Positions 33,888 through 43,878 of a DNA stretch of 64,000 nucleotides are shown here, in pieces. The position numbers and the translations under genes are program-made. The stretch covers positions 11,517 through 75,516 of the IMG/VR virus record IMGVR_UViG_3300036828_000389, one strand, 5' to 3'. The DNA comes from a virus. The notes under the pieces are model-generated. The model had not been told where the DNA came from. It worked only from the letters and a program-made list of their open reading frames with translations, and did no database searches. Numbering within the stretch: the stretch's first letter is position 1; each line of letters opens with the position of its first letter.

Positions 33888-34709
33888 TCAGCTGACCAAA
33901 GCCAGTTCCAGGGCTTCCAGAGCCTTGGAGACAGCAATCGTGGGGCCCAGAAGCATGTTCCGAATTAGCTCCTTGACGGGCCCGGCGGGCACGCTCTCAA
34001 AGAGCATTTTCAAATGGTACGCACCGTCGGTGGTGCTTTCCAGTGTGGCCTGGTAGGTCTTGATCAGTTTCAACATCCACTGAGTGTCGGACGCATTGGC
34101 CAACTCGTCGGCCTCCCGCTTGCGGTCCTGGGCCGCGGCGTGGGCAGCGTTGGCCACGATGGTCAGATTCTTCTTCCGCTGACCGCGCATGGCGACGCCA
34201 ACCGCATCGATGACCGCACGGTCGACGTAATCCGACTGGTTCCTCCACATGCGCCGGGCCGCGATCAGCTGCTTGGCATTGAGGTTTGACTGGGCGAACG
34301 GATCAGCGTCCTCCTCGCCCAGCAGGATCCTCAGAGCCTGCTTGACGTTGTAGTGATCACGCTGGGGGTCGCTGGCGTACAACGCCCTCCTGTGTTCCTC
34401 CCAGGACTTATCCGGCACCACCAGGTCGGGGGTGAAGTGCCAACCTACGATCCACCACTCCTTCATCCGGTTGATGGATATCTCCCGGCCCAAAGCGGCC
34501 TGATCTACGGCCAGCTGCTGGAGCCGGGTGCGCTGCTCGGTCTTGGCCGCCCGGCTGGTGTCCAGGGGCGTGCAGGGGTGCATCAAGGGAACCAGGGCGT
34601 GGTGGCCCAGGCTCCAGGTGGCGCCGCTATCGGGCGGAAGGCCCGTGGTGCTGAGAACACCACGGGCCCCCACTAGCCCTGGGCGATCCGGAAGATCGCC
34701 GGTACTCAC
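33888..34709 (-). CDS. Hypothetical helical protein
   Basis: 273-aa ORF, GTGA overlap with upstream gene; true start uncertain. Confidence 0.65.
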   Translation of the reverse strand: MSTGDLPDRPGLVGARGVLSTTGLPPDSGATWSLGHHALVPLMHPCTPLDTSRAAKTEQRTRLQQLAVDQAALGREISINRMKEWWIVGWHFTPDLVVPDKSWEEHRRALYASDPQRDHYNVKQALRILLGEEDADPFAQSNLNAKQLIAARRMWRNQSDYVDRAVIDAVGVAMRGQRKKNLTIVANAAHAAAQDRKREADELANASDTQWMLKLIKTYQATLESTTDGAYHLKMLFESVPAGPVKELIRNMLLGPTIAVSKALEALELALVS

Positions 34710-35578
34710 CCGTTCAGCTTGCCCTTCGGAGCCTTCTCCAGTTCACCGGATGACCAGCTGGCGGGAGTCAAGCTGAGCCCGGCCTGCTGATAGACCGGCG
34801 CCAGAACCCCACTCACCTGGGTGGTGGTTGCCTGCAACAGGCCGATGAACATGGCCTGGTCCGCAGGATCAGGGAAGGTGCCCAGGTCCGCCGTGATCTG
34901 CTTGGCGAATCTGAGCAGGCTGCCCACGGCGCGCTGGGCCGCCGGATTGGAAACGTAGCTGAGCGCCCGTTCCGGCACGTTGGTGGCAAACCGGACCTGG
35001 ACTTTCATCGAGGTCTTGGTGCCATCGGGGTTCACCACGATCCGGGTCAGCGCCCCGGTCACGTTCGGCGCCTTGCTCTTCAGGTGCTTCGGTGACTCCA
35101 CCATCACGGTGTGTGCCGGGAGCTTCCCCGACTTGGCCAGGGCGCCCTTGTTGGTCAGGAGGGGCCAGACCAGATCGGTGAGGAAATCCCACTCGACCGG
35201 GAAGTCTGACTTGTCCTCCTCAGACAGTCCCCAGAAGGTGCCGTTGACATCCTCCTGATCGATGCCAAGCTCGGCCACCAGGGGCAGATTGGCATCAGTG
35301 ACCATCCGGGGCAGCACGATCCCGGCAACGTGGTCGAGCATCCGCTCACCGTTGATCATGATGGGCTGGTCCCCGTTGGCGGGGATGTCCAGCAGACCCC
35401 GGCTCTCCAGCACGAACCGCGTCATCTGGGAATCGCGCCAGATGAACCTGGCCGGTGGTGTCGGCAACGGGAATGCCGTGCCCTGGAACTCGGACAGATC
35501 CAGTTCCAGGGGTGGGGGTGGGGCTCCGGGCGTCGCCGCCGGAACCTCCTCCTCCACCGTAGTGGGTGTATCGGTCAT
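34706..35578 (-). CDS. Hypothetical protein
   Basis: SD AAGGAG before ATG 35578 (MTDTPTT). Confidence 0.75.
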   Translation of the reverse strand: MTDTPTTVEEEVPAATPGAPPPPLELDLSEFQGTAFPLPTPPARFIWRDSQMTRFVLESRGLLDIPANGDQPIMINGERMLDHVAGIVLPRMVTDANLPLVAELGIDQEDVNGTFWGLSEEDKSDFPVEWDFLTDLVWPLLTNKGALAKSGKLPAHTVMVESPKHLKSKAPNVTGALTRIVVNPDGTKTSMKVQVRFATNVPERALSYVSNPAAQRAVGSLLRFAKQITADLGTFPDPADQAMFIGLLQATTTQVSGVLAPVYQQAGLSLTPASWSSGELEKAPKGKLNG

Positions 35579-35671
35579 GCTGTTCTTCTCCTTTACCTTG
35601 TCCCCTATGAGCCGTAGCTGGCGGGGTTGTGGTCTGCGTTTGATGACCCAGCCGCAAACTGGGTGACAACA

Positions 35672-35700
35672 CTTATACTCCCATTGTGGGGTGCCGTCAA
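35672..35700 (-). promoter_or_regulatory. Strong SigA-type promoter
   Basis: TTGACG-17 nt-TATAAG. Confidence 0.7.
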
Positions 35701-37256
35701 GGCGTGTGGTCAACCAGGTATCCCGACAGGCTCTGGAGGTCGAGCTTCAGGCGCCCCCGGGCGTCGATGCCCTGGCCGTCGATCACCGCGGCCGCCACCT
35801 TCGCCTTCTGCTTCAGCAGGGCATGCTGATACTGCTCGATGCTGTCCTCGACCTGGAGGCTGATCAGGGTGACGGTGCGGAACCGGGAGGACAGCCGGAT
35901 GATGCGCGCCTGGCGTTGGGCGTAGGCACCAGCGCTCCAGGGCAAGTCATATGAAATGAGGTAGTTAGCCATGGGAAGGTCTAGACCGACACCACCAGCA
36001 TCAGAACTCAGGAAGAGCCGGGTCTCGGGGTCGACGGCGAACTGAGCCTTGGCGGCGTCGCGGTCCCGCTGGCTGACTCGGCCGGTGAACATCACCGACT
36101 TGGTCAGGGTGGCGGTCTCGGCCGCCAGCATGTCGAGGGCGTCTATAAAGAAGGAGAAGAGGACAACCTTGTTCCGGGGGCTGGCCCCCAGGATGTCGAT
36201 CAGCATCTCCATGGTGGCCCGGAGCTTCGGGGACTCGTCCAGGCCGTCCAGGTGGCCGCCCTCCCATAGCTCCTGGGCGTACTCGGAGCCGCCCCGGCGC
36301 CCGTCCCTGATCGCACCGCGGAACCGACCGGCCGAGTTGGCCAGCAGCTGGGGATGATCGCACAGCATCCTGAGGGCCAGCAGCTTGGCCATGATCCGGC
36401 CGCGGGCGTCGCCGCTGTCGTCACCGTGGTAGAAGGCGAACACGTTGAAATTCCCGAACGTGTACATCACCTCTTCGATATCGTGCTGGAGGTCGGACAC
36501 AATGTGCCGGTAGAGCTTGGCCCCCGCCCGGTCGAGTTCTACCGGCACGACCTGTTCGGTCACGGCGGGCAATTGATCGGCTACCTCGTCCCTGGTGTGG
36601 CGGATCATGTTGTCCGACAACAGCTTGTGCAACGTCGGCAGGTTCCGGTAGGTGCGGACGCGGCCCCAGTGATCCCGAACGATAAATGCGCGGTCGAAGA
36701 TGTCCCACCGGCCCAGCGCATCCGGCTTTACCCATTGCATGATGCTGAAGACCTCTTCGGCGCGATTCTCAACGGGCTGGCCGGTCAAGCCCCATTGAAA
36801 CGTGGCCTTCAGCTGCTTGAGGCGGCGCGACCGCTTGGCCTTGAACCCCTTGGCCCAGGTCACCTCGTCCGCGATGATGAAGTCGCGCGGCAGCTTGGAG
36901 ATGACCTGCCAGTCCGACAGGAACAGGTCGGGGTTGAAGATCAAGTACTCACCGCGCCCGGCCTTGTAGTCGCTGTAGTAGCTCAGCCGCTCCCGGGGGT
37001 CGCCCTCCACCAGGATGACCTTGGCGTCGCCTCCGGTGAACTCCTCCAGCATCTGGCGCCACTGTCGCTTGAGGCTGGCCGGGCAGATGATGAAGCCGCC
37101 GCCGATGTCACCCTGGTCGAACAGCTGCTCCGTGGCCGCGATGGACACGACCGTTTTGCCCAGACCCATGTCCATGGCCAGGAGCAGCTGCCGTGCCGCG
37201 ATCATACGCTCGACGGCGGCAGCCTGGAAGGGGTACAGCTGGCCCTTGAAGCTCAC
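35697..37256 (-). CDS. SNF2-family helicase
   Basis: MDMGLGKT, ICPASL, IIADEV, LTGQPVEN, GGVGLDL, DLPWS, QRQARIIR. Confidence 0.9.
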   Translation of the reverse strand: MSFKGQLYPFQAAAVERMIAARQLLLAMDMGLGKTVVSIAATEQLFDQGDIGGGFIICPASLKRQWRQMLEEFTGGDAKVILVEGDPRERLSYYSDYKAGRGEYLIFNPDLFLSDWQVISKLPRDFIIADEVTWAKGFKAKRSRRLKQLKATFQWGLTGQPVENRAEEVFSIMQWVKPDALGRWDIFDRAFIVRDHWGRVRTYRNLPTLHKLLSDNMIRHTRDEVADQLPAVTEQVVPVELDRAGAKLYRHIVSDLQHDIEEVMYTFGNFNVFAFYHGDDSGDARGRIMAKLLALRMLCDHPQLLANSAGRFRGAIRDGRRGGSEYAQELWEGGHLDGLDESPKLRATMEMLIDILGASPRNKVVLFSFFIDALDMLAAETATLTKSVMFTGRVSQRDRDAAKAQFAVDPETRLFLSSDAGGVGLDLPMANYLISYDLPWSAGAYAQRQARIIRLSSRFRTVTLISLQVEDSIEQYQHALLKQKAKVAAAVIDGQGIDARGRLKLDLQSLSGYLVDHTP

Positions 37257-38146
37257 CAGAATCCAGCCAGGATGGCGTCATCGACGGCCTTGGCCACCTG
37301 GTCAGCATCGCACTCACCCGGATCCTTCTTCCCCGGGGCGTGGATGTAGTTGAAGACGGTGGTGGGCAAGCGGTGATGCCAGCGCTCGTCCAGGATGGCT
37401 CGGGTGGCCTTGATGCCAGCGGTGTCGTTGTCGAGCGCCAGGATCACCGAGTGGAAGTGTTCCACGATCAGGTACATCTGCCGGTCGCTCACGCTGGCGC
37501 CGAAGCTGGCCACGGCGGGGAAGCCCAGGCCATGAAGGTAGACCACGTCCAACGGCGACTCGACCAGTAGTACCTGGTGGGTCTCGTCCTGCTCCAGGCG
37601 ATGGAGCCCGAACAGGGTGCGGCTCTTCTTGATGCCGGGCGGGTGGTTGCGGACGTTCTCCCCCTTGGCCTGGTAGCCCCACAAGTCCCCTACCGGCCCG
37701 AAGATAGGTAGTACCCACTCGGCCAGTTCGTAGTTCCAGAGCAGCCCGAAGTGGATGCACGCCTCCAGGGTCAGCTGGCGCCGATCCCGGGCCCGGCGCG
37801 GCGGCTCCGAGAAAGCGCGCAGCTGATCCTCGATGTCTGTACTCTCCGGCGGCTGCCAGGTCTCCCAGTTGCTGTCCGAGACCAGATCTACGTCGTGGTC
37901 GCGCAGGAGCTTATGGGCCTCCCACACGCCCAGCTGGGTCTGCTCGATGATGAGCCGGACCAGGGAGCCCTTGTACTCGCAGCTGAAGCAATGGTGCTGG
38001 CCGGTGCGCCTGTTGATCGACCAGTGCCGCGGCCTCTGCTCCCGCTGGCCGGTCCGGCGCTCATGCTCTGGGCACCGGCCCTGGATCTCGTCCCCCATGG
38101 AATGAAGATCCAGGATGCCGATCTGATACAAGAGATCCTCAAGCAT
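37253..38146 (-). CDS. dnaG: DNA primase (Zn finger + TOPRIM)
   Basis: CPEH..HHCFSC; LLVESPLD; LALDNDTAG; KDPGE. Confidence 0.9.
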   Translation of the reverse strand: MLEDLLYQIGILDLHSMGDEIQGRCPEHERRTGQREQRPRHWSINRRTGQHHCFSCEYKGSLVRLIIEQTQLGVWEAHKLLRDHDVDLVSDSNWETWQPPESTDIEDQLRAFSEPPRRARDRRQLTLEACIHFGLLWNYELAEWVLPIFGPVGDLWGYQAKGENVRNHPPGIKKSRTLFGLHRLEQDETHQVLLVESPLDVVYLHGLGFPAVASFGASVSDRQMYLIVEHFHSVILALDNDTAGIKATRAILDERWHHRLPTTVFNYIHAPGKKDPGECDADQVAKAVDDAILAGFW

Positions 38147-39398
38147 TGTTTTCGTCGTCCTCGTCAACGACATCGTCGCGCCCGTAGACCACCTCGTCCA
38201 TCTCCGTGATGGTGCCGTTGTCCCAGTCGAACCGGAGCCGGATCTCCTTGGTCGATGAGTGGCGCGCCGCGATGATCTTCAGCACCCGCTCCTCCGGGTT
38301 GTCGCCCTTCTCGACCCCGAAGATCACGTCGGAGTCCTGGCCGAAGCTGCTGCTGTAGCCCACCGAGTTAAGGCTCAGCTTGCCCTTACGGGCCTTCCAG
38401 GTTAGAGCCTGGGTGGTGATCACGATGGGGATATGGGCCCGCTGAGCCAGCCGCTTGAGGCTCCTGGTGATGCTGGTAAGAGCCTGGGCGGACCCTGGCT
38501 CCGTGTCGGTTAGTTCGGCGTCCATCATGTAGGCGCCATCCACGAAGACCACGTCGGGCTTGTGCTGGGCCACTTTGGCGGCCAGGCCGGACACTGTGGT
38601 GGTGCTGCTGGCGTCGTGGACGAAGACCATGGGCGCCATGTCCTGCATGGCATGCATCGTCTTCCGCAGTCGTGACCACTCCTGGCCGGTCAGCTTGCCG
38701 TTGGCCAGTCGGTTGTAACTGACCCCGGCGCGGAAGGCACTGTGGCGCATGGCCTGCTCCTCGTTGCTCATCTCAAAGGTGACGAAGAGGGTCTTCCGTC
38801 GAGCGTTATGGGCGGCGATGGCCATACACAGCAGGATCATGGACTTGCCGTCCTTGGGCAGCCCCACCAGGGACACCAGCTGCTCCGGCTGGAGTCCGGC
38901 GGTAGCCAGATCCATGCTGGGGAACCCGGTGGTGATGCCACGGAGCCCGTGGTCGCTGGTCAAGGTCTTGCAGTAGGCCAACCATGCCTCCGTGGTCTGG
39001 GTGAAGTCGGTGTCGGACAAGTCCGAGACCTCCGTGTGGGCGGTCTCGACCCCGTGCGCCATGATCCGCAGGACCGTGGCCGCGTCACCTTGCTTGAGGG
39101 GATCCTTGACCTGGTCGAGCATCTCTGCCACCAGGGAGTAACGGTGCCGGGCCCGTAGCTCCTGGAGATACCAGGACATGGGCTCCGGCGTTTCGATCAG
39201 GTCATAGGCCGGGAACAGGTGGTGTAGGACAGCCTCTGTGGGGCTGGCGTTGTGTTCGGACCAGTAGTCCAGCATGGCGTTGAAGACATGCACGTTGTCC
39301 AGGTCTGAGAAGTAGCTGGCCGTGATCCTGGCGTCCAGTAGTGACCGGAAATCACTGGTCTCTACCGCTTTACAGAGGGCGGCCCATTCGATATCCAT
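38139..39398 (-). CDS. dnaB: DnaB-like replicative helicase
   Basis: GITTGFPSMD, GLPKDGKS, TFEMS, FVDGAYMM, QDSDVI. Confidence 0.9.
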   Translation of the reverse strand: MDIEWAALCKAVETSDFRSLLDARITASYFSDLDNVHVFNAMLDYWSEHNASPTEAVLHHLFPAYDLIETPEPMSWYLQELRARHRYSLVAEMLDQVKDPLKQGDAATVLRIMAHGVETAHTEVSDLSDTDFTQTTEAWLAYCKTLTSDHGLRGITTGFPSMDLATAGLQPEQLVSLVGLPKDGKSMILLCMAIAAHNARRKTLFVTFEMSNEEQAMRHSAFRAGVSYNRLANGKLTGQEWSRLRKTMHAMQDMAPMVFVHDASSTTTVSGLAAKVAQHKPDVVFVDGAYMMDAELTDTEPGSAQALTSITRSLKRLAQRAHIPIVITTQALTWKARKGKLSLNSVGYSSSFGQDSDVIFGVEKGDNPEERVLKIIAARHSSTKEIRLRFDWDNGTITEMDEVVYGRDDVVDEDDENNA

Positions 39399-39847
39399 CA
39401 GCTGACCGTGATGGGTTGGTCGGGATCGAGGTAGTACCCGCGCGGCCCGTAGCTCCAGCGTTGCTCCTCGACGCCGTAGTACACCCGGTCGACATCCGGC
39501 ATCTGGGGCAGCATGCGGCCCAGGTCAGACGGGGTCTCGCTGTAGACGTAGCGGACTGGTAGGTTGCGCCGCTCTATCCATCTGGCTACGGCCAGGGCGA
39601 AGTTCGGGCCCCGGGTGGTGAGGCACACGTCCAGGCGCATGTCGGTGCGCTGGAAGAGTGACCACATGAGGGCGACGGTGCGCTCCTGGATCTCCCAGTA
39701 GCCCACGGCGGCGTCCCAGAGCGCCATGCGACGTTTGATGTCCTCCAGCAGCCGGATCGTCCTGCTGTCGGGCAGGATGGCTATCGTGCCCTCCCAGATA
39801 AAGATGATCCGGCGCGGGCTGAAGATGCCTAGCTGTCCTTTTTCCAC
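39398..39847 (-). CDS. Hypothetical protein (degenerate HAD-like?)
   Basis: IIFIWEGTIA; coupled to dnaB. Confidence 0.65.
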   Translation of the reverse strand: MEKGQLGIFSPRRIIFIWEGTIAILPDSRTIRLLEDIKRRMALWDAAVGYWEIQERTVALMWSLFQRTDMRLDVCLTTRGPNFALAVARWIERRNLPVRYVYSETPSDLGRMLPQMPDVDRVYYGVEEQRWSYGPRGYYLDPDQPITVS

Positions 39848-40491
39848 TGTTCGATCTTGTTGTTCATAGCGATCTGGTCCCGGTAGTCGTCACCTACGAT
39901 CCCGACCATAAAGGAGCATTCGGTCAGCACACTGGTGAGTCCTTCGGTGTAGCGGTTGTCCAGTTCACTGAGGCGTAGGTTGCAGGTCACCAGAGTGGGT
40001 AGGCGGCGGTTGTAGCGAAACCGGACCAAGTCGAAGAGTTGCTGACCTGACCAACCGGACTCAGAGGCGTACTCCCGGCCCACGTCGTCCAGGAGCAACC
40101 AGTCGGCACCTTGCTTGGGGGAGCGCCCCTGCCCCTGGATATAGCGCAGACGGTCATGCACCTCATCTGCTTGCTCGCAGTATTCCTCGTAGTCCTCTCT
40201 CGTCAGGTTGTCGAGCCGCCAGCTGTCCTTGATCAGCTGCACGTAGGCGGACATCTCGATGGACTCCACCCGGTAACCCTTCTCCCGGGCGGCGCTAATC
40301 ACCACACTGGCCAGCGTGGTCTTGCCCACGCCGATGGGGCCCATGAAGGTAATCCCTTGACCTGCTACACGGTGGAGTTCTAGGTCTTCGATATAGACCC
40401 GCACTATCTCCTTGGCGTCATGTTGAGTTTCGTGCGTCGGCTGGTAGTCGTCCAGGGTCTGGCCGCGGTACCTTCTGAACACGCCCTTCAT
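39829..40491 (-). CDS. DnaC/IstB-like AAA+ helicase loader
   Basis: GPIGVGKT, LLLDDVGRE, RYNRRLPTLVTCNL. Confidence 0.85.
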   Translation of the reverse strand: MKGVFRRYRGQTLDDYQPTHETQHDAKEIVRVYIEDLELHRVAGQGITFMGPIGVGKTTLASVVISAAREKGYRVESIEMSAYVQLIKDSWRLDNLTREDYEEYCEQADEVHDRLRYIQGQGRSPKQGADWLLLDDVGREYASESGWSGQQLFDLVRFRYNRRLPTLVTCNLRLSELDNRYTEGLTSVLTECSFMVGIVGDDYRDQIAMNNKIEQWKKDS

Positions 40492-40868
40492 CGTTTCCCC
40501 TTTCGTCGGTCCACGCCTGGCGTCCGGCTACGACGTTCCCTCAGCCTGGCGATAATGGTGGTGTAGGTAGCGGTTGACCAGTTCTGCCTCCAATCCTTAA
40601 AGCGCTTCTTGCCGGTGGCGATGCGGTGCCGCTCCTGTTCGGTATAACCGGCGAAGATGCCAGCCTCTTCTGGGTGAGCGATGCCGTACCGGGCACACTG
40701 CTCAAACACCGGGCACCTACCACAGGCGTACTGACGGATCCAGGCCAGGTCATCGATCTCGTAGCTGAACCAGAGCCCGGGGTGATCCTTACATTTCCTG
40801 GAGGGATCCGACATGAAGCTGTTGTCAGCCCGGCCGTAGGCCCACAGGTGAGTGGTTGGAGCGGTCAC
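40488..40868 (-). CDS. whiB: Second WhiB-family protein
   Basis: KCKDHPGLWF..ACGRCPVFEQCARYG..AGIFAGYTEQER. Confidence 0.8.
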   Translation of the reverse strand: MTAPTTHLWAYGRADNSFMSDPSRKCKDHPGLWFSYEIDDLAWIRQYACGRCPVFEQCARYGIAHPEEAGIFAGYTEQERHRIATGKKRFKDWRQNWSTATYTTIIARLRERRSRTPGVDRRKGKR

Positions 40869-41371
40869 CGGTCGAACCAGTACTCCAGTGAAGACCTGTC
40901 CACTCTGACCTGTCCAGCCCTGTTGGGGGTATACTGTACGCCCTCCGTCTGGGCAGACCTCTCGCCGGAAAACCTGAGGCTCCTTCCGCCTCCGCTGCGC
41001 TCCGGCTCAGGAGCAGAAGTGTGCTGGCCACCCCAGTGCCCTGTGGGCACTAGACTATCCTGCCTGCCGAAAAATTTTCTAGTCGAAGTGAGATTTCGGC
41101 CTTTGACCAGGGGTGGAGGAGGGCAGGAACAGGAAACCAGGATCTGAAATCCTCCTGTGTCCAGTCCAATGATGGCGTCGTTGTCTATTAATTGCTTTAT
41201 GAGATCCCGGGCTCTGCCCATGGAGTTGTGGGAGTTATAGACGTAGCGAGCCAAATCGTCCGCGACTTCTGATGGCGTCCAACGCAACACTCCCTTCCGT
41301 GTGGCCTTCCGGCTCATGCGGCTCAAAGCGCGGTGGAGCGATGTTTGTTCAAGCTCACGACAGTTCTCCAT
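40865..41371 (-). CDS. Hypothetical protein, possible HTH/initiator, first gene of replication operon
   Basis: SD AAGGAGG; WTPSEVADDLA..ARDLIKQLIDNDAI. Confidence 0.55.
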   Translation of the reverse strand: MENCRELEQTSLHRALSRMSRKATRKGVLRWTPSEVADDLARYVYNSHNSMGRARDLIKQLIDNDAIIGLDTGGFQILVSCSCPPPPLVKGRNLTSTRKFFGRQDSLVPTGHWGGQHTSAPEPERSGGGRSLRFSGERSAQTEGVQYTPNRAGQVRVDRSSLEYWFDR

Positions 41372-41433
41372 GAGCGCCGCCCTCCTTGATTGTTGACGGT
41401 GTTACGTCCCGGTCCCTGCCGGGAGGTGGTTCG

Positions 41434-41462
41434 GGTGTACTACCGCCAGTCGACCGCGTCAA
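41434..41462 (-). promoter_or_regulatory. Promoter of replication operon
   Basis: TTGACG-17 nt-TACACC on - strand. Confidence 0.5.
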
Positions 41463-41508
41463 GCTGATGCGGGAAGTTGTCGGAGATCCCCAGGTTGTCC
41501 CCAGTCAG

Positions 41509-41551
41509 GGGTGGTCGCGGTGGACAAAGCCTTGGTGCATAGGCTTTTTTC
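41509..41551 (+). promoter_or_regulatory. Late-type promoter of terminase (leaderless)
   Basis: GGGTGGTCGCGG at 41509, TAGGCT at 41540, GTG 6 nt later; AAAGCCT/AGGCTTT inverted repeat. Confidence 0.65.
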
Positions 41552-43204
41552 GTGACCTATGTGGACGATCCGCGCCTGGACGAGCCTGAGTCTGATGGTG
41601 AGGAGGAGGGGGCTGAGCTTTCCGATGAGCTACAGGATCTGGCCCCTGCTGTCCTCGACCCAGGTGACCAGCAGTTTGTAGATCGCCTGGTAGATAAAAT
41701 CTGGCAGTTCACCCTGGAATTCAGCGGCGTCGCCATGTTTCCGTACCAGGCTGCTCTCGGTCGACGCATCATTGAGTCGGTGGTAGGTAGCGACGGCTCC
41801 ACCATCACCGGAGAGTTCTCCCGCCAGTCGGGCAAGACGGAGGTGGTGGCCAACGTGGCCGCCAGCCTCATGATCCTGCTGCCCAGGTTGGCCGCCATGT
41901 TCCCAGAGTTCGGGCCCCTCCAGAAGTATCTCCGCGGCGTCATGGTGGGATGCTTCGCTCCAGTTGAACAGCAGGTAGAGACCCTGTTCGGCCGGGTGGT
42001 CGACCGGCTCACCAGCGACCGGGCCCTGGAGCTACTGGAGGATCCGGACATCGATGACGAGGTCCGTCCCGGCTCCCGTAAGGTCCGCCTGAAGAAGTGC
42101 CAGAGCTTCTGCGCCATGCAGACCGCCAACCCCCGGGCCAAGATCGAGTCGAAGAGCTACCACATCATCTTCATCGATGAGTCCCAGAGTGTGGACGAAT
42201 ATACTCTGAACAAGAGCATCGGACCCATGGGCGCCTTCTATTTAGCAACCATGGTCATGACCGGCACCCCCGATGTGACCAAGGGCGTGTTCTACAAGAC
42301 CATCCAGCACAACAAGAGGATGGAGCTACGCCGGGGCGGCCGGAAGAACCACTTCCACTTCGACTGGAAGTACTGCGCCCGGTACAACCGTAACTATGCG
42401 GCTTATATTCGGGGTGAGGCTCTACGGATTGGTGAGGACTCTGACGAGTTCCGGCTCAACTACAAGCTGGAGTGGCTGCTGGAGCGGGGCATGCTCATCA
42501 CCGAGTCCCGGTTGGATGAGCTTGGTGACCCCAGCATGCCCATCGTCCAGAGCTACTGGAAGAGCCCGCTCATCGCCGGGATCGACTTCGCCCGCAAGAT
42601 GGACTCGACCGTCGCCACCGTGGTGTGGGTGGATTGGGACCGGCCCGATGAGTTAGGGCTGTACGACCATCGTATTTTGGGATGGCTGGAGATGCATGGG
42701 GAAGAATGGGAGACCCAGTACTGGCGACTTGTGGACTGGTTCTCCAATTACTCCGTGATGGCTATCGGCGTCGACGCGCAAGGCGTGGGTGACGTAGCAG
42801 CTGACCGGCTGAAGCGACTGCTTCCGAACATCCAGGTGGAACCACTGTCGTCGCAGATCGCGGATCAGTCCATGCGGTGGAAGCACCTTCAGCAGCTGCT
42901 ACAACGTGGCCTGCTGTCCTGGCCCGCCCACCCAAAGGCCAAGAAGACCAAGAACTGGCGCCGGTTCCGCCAGCAGATGATCGACGTGGAGAAGAGCTAC
43001 AAGGGCGCCCACATGATGGTGGAGGCCCCCAACGAGGCCGGGGTCCACGACGACTACGTCGACAGCCTGGCCTGCGCCACCATCATGAGCCGGACGTTGA
43101 TGGTGCCGGAGGTCGAGATCATGACCACTCCGTGGTCGCCGTCACCTCGACACGGAGAACGGGTCCGCCGCCCCCGGGCTAGGGCCGGAGTAAGCCTGGG
43201 CTAG
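41552..43204 (+). CDS. terL: Terminase large subunit
   Basis: YQ..SRQSGKTE, IFIDESQ, MTGTP, AGIDFAR, HDDYVDS. Confidence 0.92.
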   Translation: MTYVDDPRLDEPESDGEEEGAELSDELQDLAPAVLDPGDQQFVDRLVDKIWQFTLEFSGVAMFPYQAALGRRIIESVVGSDGSTITGEFSRQSGKTEVVANVAASLMILLPRLAAMFPEFGPLQKYLRGVMVGCFAPVEQQVETLFGRVVDRLTSDRALELLEDPDIDDEVRPGSRKVRLKKCQSFCAMQTANPRAKIESKSYHIIFIDESQSVDEYTLNKSIGPMGAFYLATMVMTGTPDVTKGVFYKTIQHNKRMELRRGGRKNHFHFDWKYCARYNRNYAAYIRGEALRIGEDSDEFRLNYKLEWLLERGMLITESRLDELGDPSMPIVQSYWKSPLIAGIDFARKMDSTVATVVWVDWDRPDELGLYDHRILGWLEMHGEEWETQYWRLVDWFSNYSVMAIGVDAQGVGDVAADRLKRLLPNIQVEPLSSQIADQSMRWKHLQQLLQRGLLSWPAHPKAKKTKNWRRFRQQMIDVEKSYKGAHMMVEAPNEAGVHDDYVDSLACATIMSRTLMVPEVEIMTTPWSPSPRHGERVRRPRARAGVSLG

Positions 43205-43363
43205 TACGGCAGCCAGGTTCTTCTGAATCTCGTCCTTGCTGTTGCCACCCAGCTTGTCGCCCTGGGCGATATACCGATCAGCTGGGCCCCGCCGTCGTTT
43301 CATCGGCACGGTACCGGTCGCACGCTGCATGGCGCTCAGCTGAGCCCGCTCCTGGGACGCCAT
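43142..43363 (-). CDS. Small basic protein (leaderless), convergent overlap with terL
   Basis: TACGCT-6 nt-ATG 43363. Confidence 0.55.
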   Translation of the reverse strand: MASQERAQLSAMQRATGTVPMKRRRGPADRYIAQGDKLGGNSKDEIQKNLAAVLAQAYSGPSPGAADPFSVSR

Positions 43364-43406
43364 GGCTCAAGCGTAACCGATAGCAACTACATGGTGCCCT
43401 ATCGCC

Positions 43407-43443
43407 GGGTGGCCGCGGTGTGAACCGGAGGCGTCACTAGCGT
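43407..43443 (+). promoter_or_regulatory. Late-type promoter of head operon
   Basis: GGGTGGCCGCGG at 43407, TAGCGT at 43438. Confidence 0.6.
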
Positions 43444-43476
43444 TCATGGAAACACCATAGAAGGAGCGCGTGCCGT

Positions 43477-43878
43477 ATGAGCATTGCCCCCGACCCAGGA
43501 TTCCCAGAGCGCGGCATGTACCGCTACGAGGAGACCATGGCCCCGGCGCGGCCGGGAGGTCGTGGCCCGCTCCGCTTTGAGGAAGGTTTGGCCACCGACA
43601 CTGATGTCCCCGACGACTTCACCAGGGGGATGTTGGAGCCGATGATCCCTGCCCCGGGGAGGCTGAACCACGTCAACCCAGCCATACAGTTCAAGATGCC
43701 GGAGGAGACCATCCAGGAGCGGGTCCACGTCGGCTCCGCGGCCTGGGTCGACGCCCCCACCATGTTGGGGGAATTTGCTCATGGGAGCTTCACGGATCAA
43801 GCCGAAGTCCGCTACGAAGAGGTGGTCCGCAACGGTCGCAACCAGAAGCGTCGGGCTCCTGAGGTCGTCACCGACTGA
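43477..43878 (+). CDS. Conserved hypothetical head-region protein
   Basis: RGPLRFEEGLATDTDVP..HVGSAAWVDAP; SD AAGGAG. Confidence 0.75.
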   Translation: MSIAPDPGFPERGMYRYEETMAPARPGGRGPLRFEEGLATDTDVPDDFTRGMLEPMIPAPGRLNHVNPAIQFKMPEETIQERVHVGSAAWVDAPTMLGEFAHGSFTDQAEVRYEEVVRNGRNQKRRAPEVVTD

